In this document: positions 8,847-19,678 of the stretch, piece by piece
Layout: each line of letters starts with the position of its first letter
How positions within the stretch are numbered: position 1 is the stretch's first letter
Origin: a virus
Lineage: Duplodnaviria > Caudoviricetes
Length of the DNA stretch: 45,567 nt
Virus record (IMG/VR): IMGVR_UViG_3300032318_001350
Span: 1 to 45,567 of that record
Strand: one strand, 5' to 3'
Program-made: the position numbers and the translations under genes
The notes under the pieces: model-generated
Told to the model about the DNA's origin: nothing
Database searches by the model: none
What the model saw: only the letters and a program-made list of their open reading frames with translations

Positions 8847-11800
8847 GCGCGCCAGTCCCAGGGATGCCGAGGGCACGTTCGAAGTTTGATCGCGCAAACA
8901 GCCGATCCATCTCCGAACTCCTCGGCCCCTGTCGACCGCCAGTTGTCGCAGCGATTCTATCAGCAGCGCGCACATTCACTCCGCGTCCAATTTCTTTCGG
9001 GAAGCTCATGTCTACTGCTTTAGCAGAAACTTTCCGTGCATTATCTCGAGCGTCAAATGTCGGATCTTCTTGCAGACGCTCCTGCATCATTTGTTTTACA
9101 GTATCTACGTCCCCATTTATCAGCGCTTCAGCTTGGTTTTTAAGGAACTGAGATTGTCTCCGAGTTTCGATGCGGGCAATCCGCTTTTGTGAAGCAGCCG
9201 CCTGCTGTAGATCGGCAATTTCTTTCGGGCGGAATCCAAGGGAAGTCAACACTTGCTGGCTTCCAGTCATCTGCGTGACTAAGTTACCAGAATAATCCCG
9301 AACAGCTCCACCATCCTTCAAGGACTTAATAAGATTCTTCATGAACACAGGCGAAAGTTTTTCACCCGCCGCAGTCAAATCACCTTCTTGAAGTTCTTGT
9401 GAGGCTCCCGCGACATTGCTTACAATGCTGCCAAACGGCCCGAACAGTGCAGTCGTGTCAAATCCGGTTAAAGAGCTAACACCCAACACTTGTCCTAATC
9501 CCATACGAGCGGATACGTCAATAGGGGAACTAGAGGTAGGCACTCCATACAGCATAGAGTCTATCATCCATCCACCAAACTGCGTATCACCAAGAACCTG
9601 CTTAGGAATCTCTTCGATGTTTTTCTTCAGTTCCAGCTCGGGGAACATTTGCTCCATGAGGGCAACGGCAGCAGCCGCTCCCGGCAGTCCCATTGCGCCG
9701 GCATAAAACAACTGCGTTCCCATGATTTGCAGGAAGGCTTTACGTGCTTTAGCGCGCTCAGCTGGAGGTAAATCTTTAGCAACCGATTCGCGAGCATATC
9801 GAGCCATAGTTCCTACCATGCCTTGAAAGTAGCTTTGCAATGAGCCAATCATCGCACGAATAGGCTGACTACTCGCATCACCAGCATATAAGCCAATAGC
9901 GCGATTGCCCTTCCCGCCAGTAAACATGGTAGCTTGTGTAGTCCGGCGAGCGAACTCATAAAGATCTTCGCCTCTAAGCCCAAGCTTTTTACCTCGGTTA
10001 TAGCCGGCAACGAAGGCCACGCGAGAATTGTAGTGCGCCGTCATTCCATATAGGTTACGAGTCGCGTTAATGTAGGCTTTGCCAAAACGGCGTCCAGCGT
10101 TTTCTACTCCAAGCACGGCATCTTGCACTTCGGTGACTCCACCAGAAGGATCGTCAAGCTCTTGATAAAGACCCCGACTAATGATGGCCTCGTCAGCAGC
10201 TCTATCAACCATTGCTTCAAGTTCCAAATCAGCAAACTTACCATTCCTTCCAGCTTGCAAAACTTGTCCCATTGACTTCTTTAGTTCACCATATGAACCA
10301 AAGAATCCGGCGCCATGTCGCGTAAGAAACGGAGCCAACGATGAGGTTGATTGAAATAACTCAAGTGCCATTGTCGAAGGATTGAGCGCCATGAAGTATT
10401 GAAATGCCGCCTCACGGATAACTTTCTCGCTGCCCGTGGAAGCACGCAGCGCATTGTTAATGTGGGTAGTAGCAAGCTCCCGCAACACTTCGTTATCTGC
10501 AATGCGCGCATCTTTCAAATAAAACGCTGAAGTTTGACGAACGTTTGAGCGGGCTGTGCCGTAGGCTACTGCGGGGATATAAGACATCAATACGTCGATT
10601 GCATCAAGATCTTCACGACCACCGGCCAGTGTTCTGCGCCGGAGATAATCTTGCATAGTCTTTTGAGTCTCGGCATGAATTGAGGCAGTCACAGGTTCGT
10701 AGTTAGGTCGAATTTGTGCTTCAAAAACATCGTCTCCGACCACGCCACGTAGCTGTTCAAACGCCAATTTTTCGATCTCTTTTGCACGTTCCAAGGCACC
10801 CTTTGAGAGCAACGAGTTTTCAAGTCGAGACACCTTCTTGCTAAGATATTCTACTGAGCCAGCTGCAGCCGCACCACTTTCGTAAAGATCCTTACGCTTC
10901 GCGTAGACTTCTTTAAGGTCCATGGCTCCGATTGTTTTGCGCTCACCGGTTGTCGCATCTTTATAAGCTATCGTGTATTGGCCGAGACGAAACTCAGGCA
11001 GGTAGCCATCACGCTTACGAATGTATCCAGCAAACGACTCAAACGGCACGCGATAGATGCCATCGACTTTAGCAAGCATTTCAGAGAAGTCACTCGACGA
11101 GAGTGTTTTCCAAGCATTTTGCTGCCACTCGTTTGCGGTCGTAGGATCAAGCAAGTATTTAACTGCAAGGTTAGATGCCCGCTCAATTTCTTCTAAGCCG
11201 GCCCAACCTTTTTGCGTGGCTAGTTCACTACGCAAAGTATTTGCAATGTTAGATGCTTGACTGCGAATGATAACTTCGGACATCTTCGCTGCTGAATCGG
11301 TCATTTTCTCGAACACAGCAACAACAGACTGAAAGTCGGTATCGGAAAGGGTGCGCAGGGAAGTGTTCTCTTGTCGAAGATTACGAATCTCAACCGCGGT
11401 CAGTCGCCCATCACCAGGTTTCATGCTGGGGGGTTGTCCGGCAGCTTCAGCTTCGATATCCTCTTGTGTGAGTTTTTCAAGCTTCTCGTTTTGCCTCAGC
11501 ATCAGGTCAGATATGGCCTTACGCATATGAGGCGAGCGCACAGTTTTTTTGAAGCGTTCGTAGTTCTCAGTCTTAACCAACTTACCAGCTTGGATTTCTA
11601 ATCCAAACGGCTGGAACGCATCTGCAACAGCTTGCTGCGACAAAGCAGTGTAAGCTGTGGCCGTCCGAAGAAACGGAAGAAACTCAGGGTAGTCTTCCGC
11701 AATATTCGACGGCAGGTTAAACATACGGGAAATCCAACCAGGAGCTGTCGGAGCTTTATCTGGAACTGGGCGGTAAGCATTAGTTGGGATTGAAAATTTA

Positions 11801-14800
11801 GCTTGATCAGCTATTGTCTTCAAAGGCCCAGCCATGTCATTTCCGCCAGCCAGCGCTTCGATAATCCGCTCTGGTTGGAAGTTTTCCATCTTCAAAAATT
11901 GTTGCTCGGCTTTGAGCATGGAAGCGTCATCTTTTCGCAGCTCGATAAAGCTGTCGTAAATACGTTCCAAGGCTTTACGCTGCACCATGCCAATACCGCG
12001 CTTTTCAGTTACGCCAAGTGCTTCTGCTTGAGCGAGCGACAAGCTGCTTTCCGCCATCGCAGTTGCATCCTTAAACAAAGCTTTAGTTAAGTTGCCAACA
12101 GGAGTCGGAGCCGCTTGCAGCAACTCGCGGAGTGCGTAAACGTCTTTAGCGACATACGCATCTGCAACAAAGCCCGCTAAGGCGCGTGAGTTGATTCCGC
12201 CATCGGGCAAAAGCAAATCTGGGTCGATAGCCGATAGCCCAGCGCGAAGCGTTTCGACATCCTCGATCTTCAAAGAAGCGAACCAAGCATCGTAGTCGTT
12301 AGCCGCCTTGCGAACAGGCGATGTTTCTGGTGCCGAGTCAATGGCTCGAGCAAACGAGCTGTGCAAGAACGAAGTTTCTTGTGCTCGAATCACGCTGTCT
12401 TGGAATTGCTTCGACCGCTTGAAAAATGCGCGACCACCCAGCGGGCTTGCCATCGTAAGTCCGTTGCCTTGCGCAACCATAGTTGTAGGATCTGGTCTTT
12501 GCGTAAGCATACGAACAACATTTTCTGCGTGACGATTGCTTTCTTCTGGGCTGAGCCCACGCTCAAGTCCGCGACCAGTCACAAAGTTATAAGCATCGGG
12601 CAGCTTTGTTGTAGTGATCTTTTGCGCCGGCAAGCTGAAGTAATCAGATTTACCAAGAACGCCAAGACCAGATGGCTCATCACCCATTGTGTTAGTTTGT
12701 GTATCAGGAACTGTGCCACCTGGGATAAATCCACGCTTGCCGAGAGTATAGTCACGACTCTTCTTTACAGTATAAAGAATGTCATTATCAGTTAGTTTGT
12801 AACCAGTCTCGCCGAGTTTTTGTGGGTCACGACCAAATGGAAACTTACCAAATGCCCGAGCATATGAGCGCAAAGCACCAACCGTTTCTCCCAGCAAAGA
12901 AAGTCCTGGATCTGTTTCAGCTTTACTAGCGAGGTATTCCTCGGCAATAAGAAGATCATTCGGATCTTTCAAGCGGTAAGCATCCATAATTGACTTACGA
13001 GCCCCATCATCAACCTTACGCAAGACACCACGCATGATAGCATTATACTCATTACCCAACATTTTCTCCCTGCCAAAGTGACCAGCTCCTTCATGCCACA
13101 ACACTCGAGCCATTGAATCAGCAAGGGTAATCTCCCCATTTTTCTGAATCACGTTGTTGGCAATGATTACAATTTCTTGTCGTTTTCTATCGAAGTAGGC
13201 TTCCGCAGTGCCACCTCGTTTCATAACGGCATCATACATTGCTTTATTGTATCCGCGCAAATCACCAACGCCTGGCAAAACAACCATACCAACAGTCTTG
13301 TTCAGTTCTTTAAGCTTACCGACTGCTTCATCAATAACCCGACGAGCCGCGAAGAATTCTGGGCTTTCCCCAGGGCCAGCTTCCCGAGCCCATTGAGCGA
13401 ACTCACCAAGATTCCTATTAAGCCTTTGCATGATGGGATCTTGTCCAGCTGCTTGGCTGAACGTTTTCATAAGGCTTTCAACTTTACGCCTCACCATGAG
13501 CGGAATATCTCCTTCCCGTCCAGTTATTTCTAAACCACCTGCTTGGCTCCAAGCTTCTTGGATGGTCTTATAATCAATATCTTTCAACTTGCCATTTTTA
13601 TCCACGCGGAAGACCTCGCGATTCCGCTCCAACTCGAGTATAACCTTAAGGCGATCCTTCGCCATTTCACGATGTGGAGCAGCATACGCACTATCCGGCA
13701 GCATATCTGCAATCGCCATTCCTCGAGCATGAAGTGTATCCGCGAGGAATTGCTGGCCTCCACGAATACCTTTATTAGCCATTGGCGCATCGCCACGAGC
13801 GCCGTAGTTATCATAGAACTCCATGAGATCCATGTCGCCAAGATCCGCAGGAGAGCCTTCCTTGCCAAGATTTCTAAAGATTGCTGTGTTGTCAGGATTG
13901 TAACCTTCAACAATGCGCTGTAAAAGATTCTCTTTTTTACGCACTTGGAAATACGAGACATCACGCCCATCTTCGGTAGTGCGCTGCTGAATAATTTGAT
14001 AGCGCACAGCAGGATCAGGATTGTCCGTGGCAAGCTTGAGCACGAAGGCTTCAGCTTCTTGCTTATTGTTAAGCCGGGCAGGTTCCCAATCACCAGTAAC
14101 TTCACTATACTTCATCGAAGGCACGAAATCAGTTGCAACACCTTGGGTCTTGATGCGTGAGATAATCAATCCAGGGCTGAGCTTGATGTCTTGCGGAGCT
14201 ACGCCTTTTTGAAACTGACTAAACACTTCAGCATAAACAAGATTCGTAGCATCCGAAATATCCCGATCTTTCTTTGCTGTGCCTTGAGCCGATCCACCAC
14301 CAAGCTCAAGATATGGTTGATAGTCTTCCAAAAGCGTTGCCAAGTCAGGATCGTAGTTTTCATCCCGTGGCTGTTGAAAATACTCAATTTCTTGGTCGAT
14401 CGCAGACTTGACATCTGCATCCGTTGTTTTTTCCGAAAGCGTCCGCATACGATTAAGCAATCCTTCACGCATCTGCGGATCAAGATCAAGACCTTGGCCT
14501 TCGAGTTCACTCAAGCCATACTTACGAATGAAGCTAGCCGCGCGTTCTTGGTAAGGCAAGGGAAGTTGCTCAATCACAGCACGAAGCACTGGGTCAATGT
14601 TATCTTGCCCCGCTGCTTCTGACTTAGCTGTGGCAGCCAGCTTATCAACTTTGCCAGCTAGGACGTTGATCGCTCGAGTAACAGCTTCTTGCGGCGTTAC
14701 GTTGTTAAGTCCAATCTGTCGTTGATCCCAATCGTTGAGGAATGGAGTCACAGTTGTTTTAATATCGGCTACTGCAGGCGCAGCGCCAGTCGCACGAGCA

Positions 14801-17787
14801 ACAGTATCCTGATACTGCAGCAAGGCTTCTTGCGCATCACGAGCTTGCCTGATTTTTGCAGCGTCTTCGGGCAAAGAAAAATACACCGAAGGATCTTTAC
14901 GGGTTAGGTCAAATAAGCGACCAGTCACTCGTTGACCGGATACTTTATGGGCACCTAGATCAATAGGAGTTCCTTGTCCACCAAGAAGTTTTGTAGCTGT
15001 ATTAGGTATTGTTGCGTCGTAGTGCAAACGCATACCAGCATCTTGCTTTGGAACAAATCCAGAAATAGGAGCGAGCATTAGCCGGGCGCCTTCAAAATCA
15101 TTCCAGAGGCTTGTCTTACCCAAAGCTCGCATGGTCTCATTATCAGCCTTTCGTTGGCCAGGATTACTTGGATCAATTCCCTCGATTTTATAGAACTGCC
15201 CTGTTTTGGTATCAAGAAGAGATATACCTAAAGGATCTGTCACATCAACGCTGCCAACACTACCTTCTTTCATCCGCATTTTTTGCTGCAAAGAAAGGTT
15301 TGACCATTCAGATCGCTTGGTAAGAATAAAACCTTCCGGTAGTTGTTCTGACCGCAAGGTAGCACTAATTCTTTGGTTAGGTGAAAAAAGTAAGCTATCG
15401 CGGGAAGCGTTTGCGGACTCAAGAGTAACTGTAAACGGAGACGGAGCCGCTGAAGAGGCTAATTTCGGGACAAGATTTGCTTGCGCAAAATGCCCTTCTG
15501 AATACATTGCAGTTTTTGCGTCAGAGATAACAAGCTTCGTAGCTCCAATATCTTTTGCGTGCTTGATAGCTGCTTGTAAAGCCAGCTGCTCGTAACGAGG
15601 GACAAGATTACGATTAGCACTTTCATACATCGAAGCATCTTGTGGATATCTCGAATTGATTCCTAAAGGAGGTTCTGGGGCCATCCCAACACGAGAGATA
15701 TTCCTATTCGCATCATTTGCCCAGTCACTTTGGAGCTCAATAATATGGAAAGCTTTTTCACCGGAAGGCAGAGTTTCCTCGTATCCACGGAAGAAGCTAA
15801 GGACATTTTTATCCCGACTACCGAAGTGTGGCCCACGATAGAGATCACCAAATTGCTGGGGAACTCGAATAAGCCCCTCAACATAACCTGGCATTTCACT
15901 TTCTTTTTTGGGTGCAATAAACTCATACGTGCGACTACCTCCCATATCATCTTCTACTCCAGCACCGATAGTATCCCAGTAAGGAAGTAAATCAGTAGGA
16001 AGCGTTTCAGGATCAATGTAGTTACCTTCGGAATCTCGAATGGTAGCATTTCCATCCATATGATCTCGGTCTAAAAAATAACCACGGGTCTCTAGTTGAT
16101 GCTGGGCTTCATTTATACTTTGATCTGAAGTCGATCCTTCTGGCTTGTTTCCAGTAAGCAACTCAAAAAGTGGCGGGTTGTTTTTCAGATCAGTAACAAG
16201 ACGCCCCACGTTAACAGAGCCATCTTGACCAAAGGCTTCTGGCGCAAGAACTTTATACATTTCAACTTCGTATTTAGGCACTCCGCCAACCTCCATAGCT
16301 TTTTCAAACTGAACACCGCCAATACTCTGATTTTGATCGAGCGTGTAACGATTGCCGAGCATAATTCTGCCATCAGGCTGTGGACGGAAAAGCTCGCCTA
16401 CGCGATATACCAAAGGAACATCTTTTGACGCTGGAATAACTTCTCCTGTAGTTGAACGAGTCGGCAAAGAAAAATTAGCGTTAACATCAGTTGGTGCCTG
16501 CTCAAACACAAGCCTACCATTTTCAGCATCACTATACAACCCAAGACCAACAATAGTCTGACCATTATCTGTAACCATCTGATTGCCACGCAGCCCAGTA
16601 ATATTAAGCGTAGGGCCGTTCTCGATTTGATAAGCGACTTTTCCTCCGCGTGAAAGAACGTCTTGCACCTGCTGGAAAGCAAACGTCCGAGCGCCTTCGC
16701 GGTTCACTCCAGTAGGTTCAGCGTCATCCGCAAAGAACCTTTTCACAAAAGCGCGATCCATGAATCCCTGCTGACGAACAAGGCCGAGCGGTTCCGCAGG
16801 ATTTGCCGCGGGTAGATCATCAGCGAATTGTTGCACTTTCACAGCTTCATCTACATCATCCGTCAAACTGACGATGCGGCCTGCGGGATCTCGAACCACA
16901 AAGCCACCATCCTCCGAAGCGCGAACCGGAGCTTCCAAACCAGATTGCAATCTTGCAGCAACCTCTTTCTGAACGTTCGCAGCCTCACCGCTGGTAGCGA
17001 TCCTGTTCGGACGAGCGAGCGGGCGGAGCAGCTGTTGCGCATCGAGAGCCGCAAACGGAACATTGCCTGCAATCATGAGTGCAAGGTTCTTCGGATCAAG
17101 CGGATTATAAAGTCCTTGACCGGATGCCACAGATTGAGCTTGCCCAGCAACTTCTCCAACTGCGATAGCGCCAAGGTTTTCCGCACCATATTGAGCGAGC
17201 TTTTGCGTAGTCGTAGCTGGAGCAAGAAACGAGCGACCAAAGAGATCGTCGATGAGGGGAGCGCCCATGCGCTTCAACGCTTGCTGACCGGCCACCCGAG
17301 CAACCCCAAGAGTAGCGGGCATTGCAGCAGCACCGATAAGACCAGCTGTAGGACTACCGCCACTTTTTTCGTAAGCGTCTAGTCCTCCAAGAGCTGCCGA
17401 AGCAGCAAGACCTCCTGCCGCCACCGGAACAGAAAGCGGAGCCGTTAAAAGCATAGGAGCTAGCGTGGCTCCCATGCGAGGAAACGAACGAAACAAGTCG
17501 CCCATCTCGCGTTCCATCCCAATCGCTGAACCAACACCCTTACCAACAAACTCAGAAGCTTGTGGTAATCCAGTATATTCAAGAGCCCGATCAATCCCAG
17601 CACTTGCGCGCATAAGGAAGTTATCATTTTTACCCGCCTCGAACATAGGCTGCTGAGTCTGCTGTTCCATGTAGGAAGAGAACTCAGGTAGTGACATCCG
17701 CTCAAACGCAGGATTCACGGACTTAAAACGCTCGTGAATGTCCTGGATTTGACGAAACTGTAGAGGAGTGTTGGTTTCAGCGATCAT
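8704..17787 (-). CDS. 3027-aa polyvalent internal virion/ejection protein (zincin-like HExxxH, ELQSDW module, PLxRFG-like motif)
   Basis: LWHEGAGHFG...AEEYLA; GPHFG...HIIELQSDW; GYLPEFRLGQY; G/A-rich hydrophobic segments near both ends; last gene of the structural block. Confidence 0.75.
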   Translation of the reverse strand: MIAETNTPLQFRQIQDIHERFKSVNPAFERMSLPEFSSYMEQQTQQPMFEAGKNDNFLMRASAGIDRALEYTGLPQASEFVGKGVGSAIGMEREMGDLFRSFPRMGATLAPMLLTAPLSVPVAAGGLAASAALGGLDAYEKSGGSPTAGLIGAAAMPATLGVARVAGQQALKRMGAPLIDDLFGRSFLAPATTTQKLAQYGAENLGAIAVGEVAGQAQSVASGQGLYNPLDPKNLALMIAGNVPFAALDAQQLLRPLARPNRIATSGEAANVQKEVAARLQSGLEAPVRASEDGGFVVRDPAGRIVSLTDDVDEAVKVQQFADDLPAANPAEPLGLVRQQGFMDRAFVKRFFADDAEPTGVNREGARTFAFQQVQDVLSRGGKVAYQIENGPTLNITGLRGNQMVTDNGQTIVGLGLYSDAENGRLVFEQAPTDVNANFSLPTRSTTGEVIPASKDVPLVYRVGELFRPQPDGRIMLGNRYTLDQNQSIGGVQFEKAMEVGGVPKYEVEMYKVLAPEAFGQDGSVNVGRLVTDLKNNPPLFELLTGNKPEGSTSDQSINEAQHQLETRGYFLDRDHMDGNATIRDSEGNYIDPETLPTDLLPYWDTIGAGVEDDMGGSRTYEFIAPKKESEMPGYVEGLIRVPQQFGDLYRGPHFGSRDKNVLSFFRGYEETLPSGEKAFHIIELQSDWANDANRNISRVGMAPEPPLGINSRYPQDASMYESANRNLVPRYEQLALQAAIKHAKDIGATKLVISDAKTAMYSEGHFAQANLVPKLASSAAPSPFTVTLESANASRDSLLFSPNQRISATLRSEQLPEGFILTKRSEWSNLSLQQKMRMKEGSVGSVDVTDPLGISLLDTKTGQFYKIEGIDPSNPGQRKADNETMRALGKTSLWNDFEGARLMLAPISGFVPKQDAGMRLHYDATIPNTATKLLGGQGTPIDLGAHKVSGQRVTGRLFDLTRKDPSVYFSLPEDAAKIRQARDAQEALLQYQDTVARATGAAPAVADIKTTVTPFLNDWDQRQIGLNNVTPQEAVTRAINVLAGKVDKLAATAKSEAAGQDNIDPVLRAVIEQLPLPYQERAASFIRKYGLSELEGQGLDLDPQMREGLLNRMRTLSEKTTDADVKSAIDQEIEYFQQPRDENYDPDLATLLEDYQPYLELGGGSAQGTAKKDRDISDATNLVYAEVFSQFQKGVAPQDIKLSPGLIISRIKTQGVATDFVPSMKYSEVTGDWEPARLNNKQEAEAFVLKLATDNPDPAVRYQIIQQRTTEDGRDVSYFQVRKKENLLQRIVEGYNPDNTAIFRNLGKEGSPADLGDMDLMEFYDNYGARGDAPMANKGIRGGQQFLADTLHARGMAIADMLPDSAYAAPHREMAKDRLKVILELERNREVFRVDKNGKLKDIDYKTIQEAWSQAGGLEITGREGDIPLMVRRKVESLMKTFSQAAGQDPIMQRLNRNLGEFAQWAREAGPGESPEFFAARRVIDEAVGKLKELNKTVGMVVLPGVGDLRGYNKAMYDAVMKRGGTAEAYFDRKRQEIVIIANNVIQKNGEITLADSMARVLWHEGAGHFGREKMLGNEYNAIMRGVLRKVDDGARKSIMDAYRLKDPNDLLIAEEYLASKAETDPGLSLLGETVGALRSYARAFGKFPFGRDPQKLGETGYKLTDNDILYTVKKSRDYTLGKRGFIPGGTVPDTQTNTMGDEPSGLGVLGKSDYFSLPAQKITTTKLPDAYNFVTGRGLERGLSPEESNRHAENVVRMLTQRPDPTTMVAQGNGLTMASPLGGRAFFKRSKQFQDSVIRAQETSFLHSSFARAIDSAPETSPVRKAANDYDAWFASLKIEDVETLRAGLSAIDPDLLLPDGGINSRALAGFVADAYVAKDVYALRELLQAAPTPVGNLTKALFKDATAMAESSLSLAQAEALGVTEKRGIGMVQRKALERIYDSFIELRKDDASMLKAEQQFLKMENFQPERIIEALAGGNDMAGPLKTIADQAKFSIPTNAYRPVPDKAPTAPGWISRMFNLPSNIAEDYPEFLPFLRTATAYTALSQQAVADAFQPFGLEIQAGKLVKTENYERFKKTVRSPHMRKAISDLMLRQNEKLEKLTQEDIEAEAAGQPPSMKPGDGRLTAVEIRNLRQENTSLRTLSDTDFQSVVAVFEKMTDSAAKMSEVIIRSQASNIANTLRSELATQKGWAGLEEIERASNLAVKYLLDPTTANEWQQNAWKTLSSSDFSEMLAKVDGIYRVPFESFAGYIRKRDGYLPEFRLGQYTIAYKDATTGERKTIGAMDLKEVYAKRKDLYESGAAAAGSVEYLSKKVSRLENSLLSKGALERAKEIEKLAFEQLRGVVGDDVFEAQIRPNYEPVTASIHAETQKTMQDYLRRRTLAGGREDLDAIDVLMSYIPAVAYGTARSNVRQTSAFYLKDARIADNEVLRELATTHINNALRASTGSEKVIREAAFQYFMALNPSTMALELFQSTSSLAPFLTRHGAGFFGSYGELKKSMGQVLQAGRNGKFADLELEAMVDRAADEAIISRGLYQELDDPSGGVTEVQDAVLGVENAGRRFGKAYINATRNLYGMTAHYNSRVAFVAGYNRGKKLGLRGEDLYEFARRTTQATMFTGGKGNRAIGLYAGDASSQPIRAMIGSLQSYFQGMVGTMARYARESVAKDLPPAERAKARKAFLQIMGTQLFYAGAMGLPGAAAAVALMEQMFPELELKKNIEEIPKQVLGDTQFGGWMIDSMLYGVPTSSSPIDVSARMGLGQVLGVSSLTGFDTTALFGPFGSIVSNVAGASQELQEGDLTAAGEKLSPVFMKNLIKSLKDGGAVRDYSGNLVTQMTGSQQVLTSLGFRPKEIADLQQAAASQKRIARIETRRQSQFLKNQAEALINGDVDTVKQMMQERLQEDPTFDARDNARKVSAKAVDMSFPKEIGRGVNVRAADRIAATTGGRQGPRSSEMDRLFARSNFERALGIPGTGAPTSNRIQKAMELDFLLEQNPTLTVDQAKLVLRQREAAQQFDGSSLLF

Positions 17788-17791
17788 GGGT

Positions 17792-17806
17792 GTTCAATTA
17801 TTGAAC
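17792..17806. promoter_or_regulatory. palindromic site GTTCAA-tta-TTGAAC
   Basis: Perfect copy in the 25-bp gap just upstream of the giant-protein ATG. Confidence 0.7.
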
Positions 17807-17812
17807 GATAGA

Positions 17813-19087
17813 TTATCGTCCGGCCATCATTGGTTGCTGCTGTGAGCGTTTCTTTTTCTCTTCCTCAGTCATAAACATATTCCGAGTTTGGTCTTGAGTC
17901 AACGGAGTAGTTTGCCCTTGGCTAAAACCAGAGGTTTGGTTGAAGAAGTTTGGCTGGGCCGGAGCTGCCGAACCAAACGGATTCCGCTCGTTAGGGCCAA
18001 CTGTAACCGGCATTTGAGCACGACTTTCTGGGGTCATGCCAGGTGCTGAGTATTGATTAGGAGCCTGCGGATTTGCAGGCGCTGGTTGTCCAGCCGTTTG
18101 CGTCCCTTGTGGCTTAGGTGTTTGATAACTGAGACCAACAGGAGAGTTTGGATCCATGGTTAACTGAGAATCAGGAGAGCCTCCAAAAGTATTCTTCAAA
18201 TTGGAAAAGAAATCTGACTGCATATTAACTGCCGGCAAGTCAAATTGCTTCCCAAAAAGAGAGCCAACTCCTTCTGCGATGGTCGAGCCTGCGCCAAGCA
18301 GCATATTTGGAAGAAAGCTAGCTCCTTGAATAACATCTTGCCTTAAATTGCTTCCTTGTGTTGGAGGAGCAACCGATGTATTTACAGGCGCGTTTGGAAT
18401 GACGTTTTCCCTCCAAGCCTGCGGCGCGTTTTCCATGTAGCTTTGCACACCAGATCTAATCGGATTAGGCCCAAAAAGATCGAACCCACCAATACCTGCA
18501 GTTGTGGGTGCATTTGAAGTTTGCGGTGCAGGTGCTGCGGCCACTTGAGGGTTTTGTGGCCCCATTGAAACTGTGCCATAAGGACTGGTAATCGTGCGAG
18601 TGCCATCGGCCGCAACCGAGCCAGAGCCAGATTGACCAACACGATACTTGGCTCCTTGCTCCCATTCCGAAGCCGGGATTTCAGACGTAACTCCATTAGT
18701 GCCTTCACGCTGAGCTTTAGCAAACGCGGAGTATTGGCTAGCCGCTCGATTCATATCGCGCAGTTTTTGTGGATCAACTCCAGGCACGCCTCCAAGCTGC
18801 GCCCATTGATTAGTGGCATCGTTTCCACGAGAAGCAAGCAGAGCTTCTGGAGTCATGCCAACTCGGGCAGCATTTTCTACCACGTTTGGAAACCGCTCAC
18901 GCCAGGCCTCGTTTGCTTGTTGCACTCGGCGCACCGGATCAGGCGAGAGAATGGTTCCGCCTGATCCTTGCGTAGGAGTCGCTCCTGCCTGCATCGCACG
19001 TTGTGGAAGATCTGCCATGTTGTTTTGGCTATCTTTCATTTGTTGCTGCATAAAGGCAAGCAGCTGTGCCATTTGTTGCTCGTTCAT
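17813..19087 (-). CDS. low-complexity Q/P/G/M-rich putative internal virion (ejection) protein
   Basis: Composition and position just before the giant protein. Confidence 0.65.
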   Translation of the reverse strand: MNEQQMAQLLAFMQQQMKDSQNNMADLPQRAMQAGATPTQGSGGTILSPDPVRRVQQANEAWRERFPNVVENAARVGMTPEALLASRGNDATNQWAQLGGVPGVDPQKLRDMNRAASQYSAFAKAQREGTNGVTSEIPASEWEQGAKYRVGQSGSGSVAADGTRTITSPYGTVSMGPQNPQVAAAPAPQTSNAPTTAGIGGFDLFGPNPIRSGVQSYMENAPQAWRENVIPNAPVNTSVAPPTQGSNLRQDVIQGASFLPNMLLGAGSTIAEGVGSLFGKQFDLPAVNMQSDFFSNLKNTFGGSPDSQLTMDPNSPVGLSYQTPKPQGTQTAGQPAPANPQAPNQYSAPGMTPESRAQMPVTVGPNERNPFGSAAPAQPNFFNQTSGFSQGQTTPLTQDQTRNMFMTEEEKKKRSQQQPMMAGR

Positions 19088-19099
19088 TTTAGTAGTTCC

Positions 19100-19660
19100 T
19101 TACTGTTTAGGTTGAATAGGGGTTGGTTGTGTTTGGAATTTAGGCTTTGTCCAATCAAACAGGCCTTTGAAGAAGTCTGCGACTTGCGCTTTACCGGAAG
19201 TCCAGTTACCGACAGAATCTGCACTTGGGACATAACGATCCATGAGCTGATCAGTGCCAGGAGTCGCGTATCCAAGGATATTTCCTTGTGCATCAAGCAT
19301 CGCATCTGCCGGCCCATATTGGCTACCAGCCGCGGGTTGCACAGGCACACGAGAGACTGGTTGCGCAGCACCCTCCCCAAGCTGCGCCATGATGTCCGCA
19401 AGCTGCGGCGCTCCACCAGCTTGCTGCTGGTTAAGCGGAAGCTGAGGAAACATAGCCTGCATTACCTCAGGCTTGTCTTGATACATCTGCATCAGCATCG
19501 GCATGATGTTTTCCGGTATTTGCTGTTGTGACGCCATCATCAGCATCATCTTGTTAGGATCAAGCGCGGGCGCTTGCGTTGTCCCGACTCCAAGAGCTTG
19601 TCCAGCTGTTGCCAGCTTAGCAAGTCTATCGGTCGCGGTTTCTTCTTTTAGTCTTGGCAT
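19100..19660 (-). CDS. Q/M/P-rich putative internal virion protein
   Basis: Composition and synteny. Confidence 0.65.
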   Translation of the reverse strand: MPRLKEETATDRLAKLATAGQALGVGTTQAPALDPNKMMLMMASQQQIPENIMPMLMQMYQDKPEVMQAMFPQLPLNQQQAGGAPQLADIMAQLGEGAAQPVSRVPVQPAAGSQYGPADAMLDAQGNILGYATPGTDQLMDRYVPSADSVGNWTSGKAQVADFFKGLFDWTKPKFQTQPTPIQPKQ

Positions 19661-19678
19661 AGGTTTTAGTTGGTTGCG

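Noticed and set aside
8704-17787. Virion RNA polymerase (N4- or crAss-like) within the giant protein
   Set aside because: No DxDGD-type or convincing T7-like motif set seen; motifs fit a polyvalent/ejection protein. A structure search is needed to exclude it fully.
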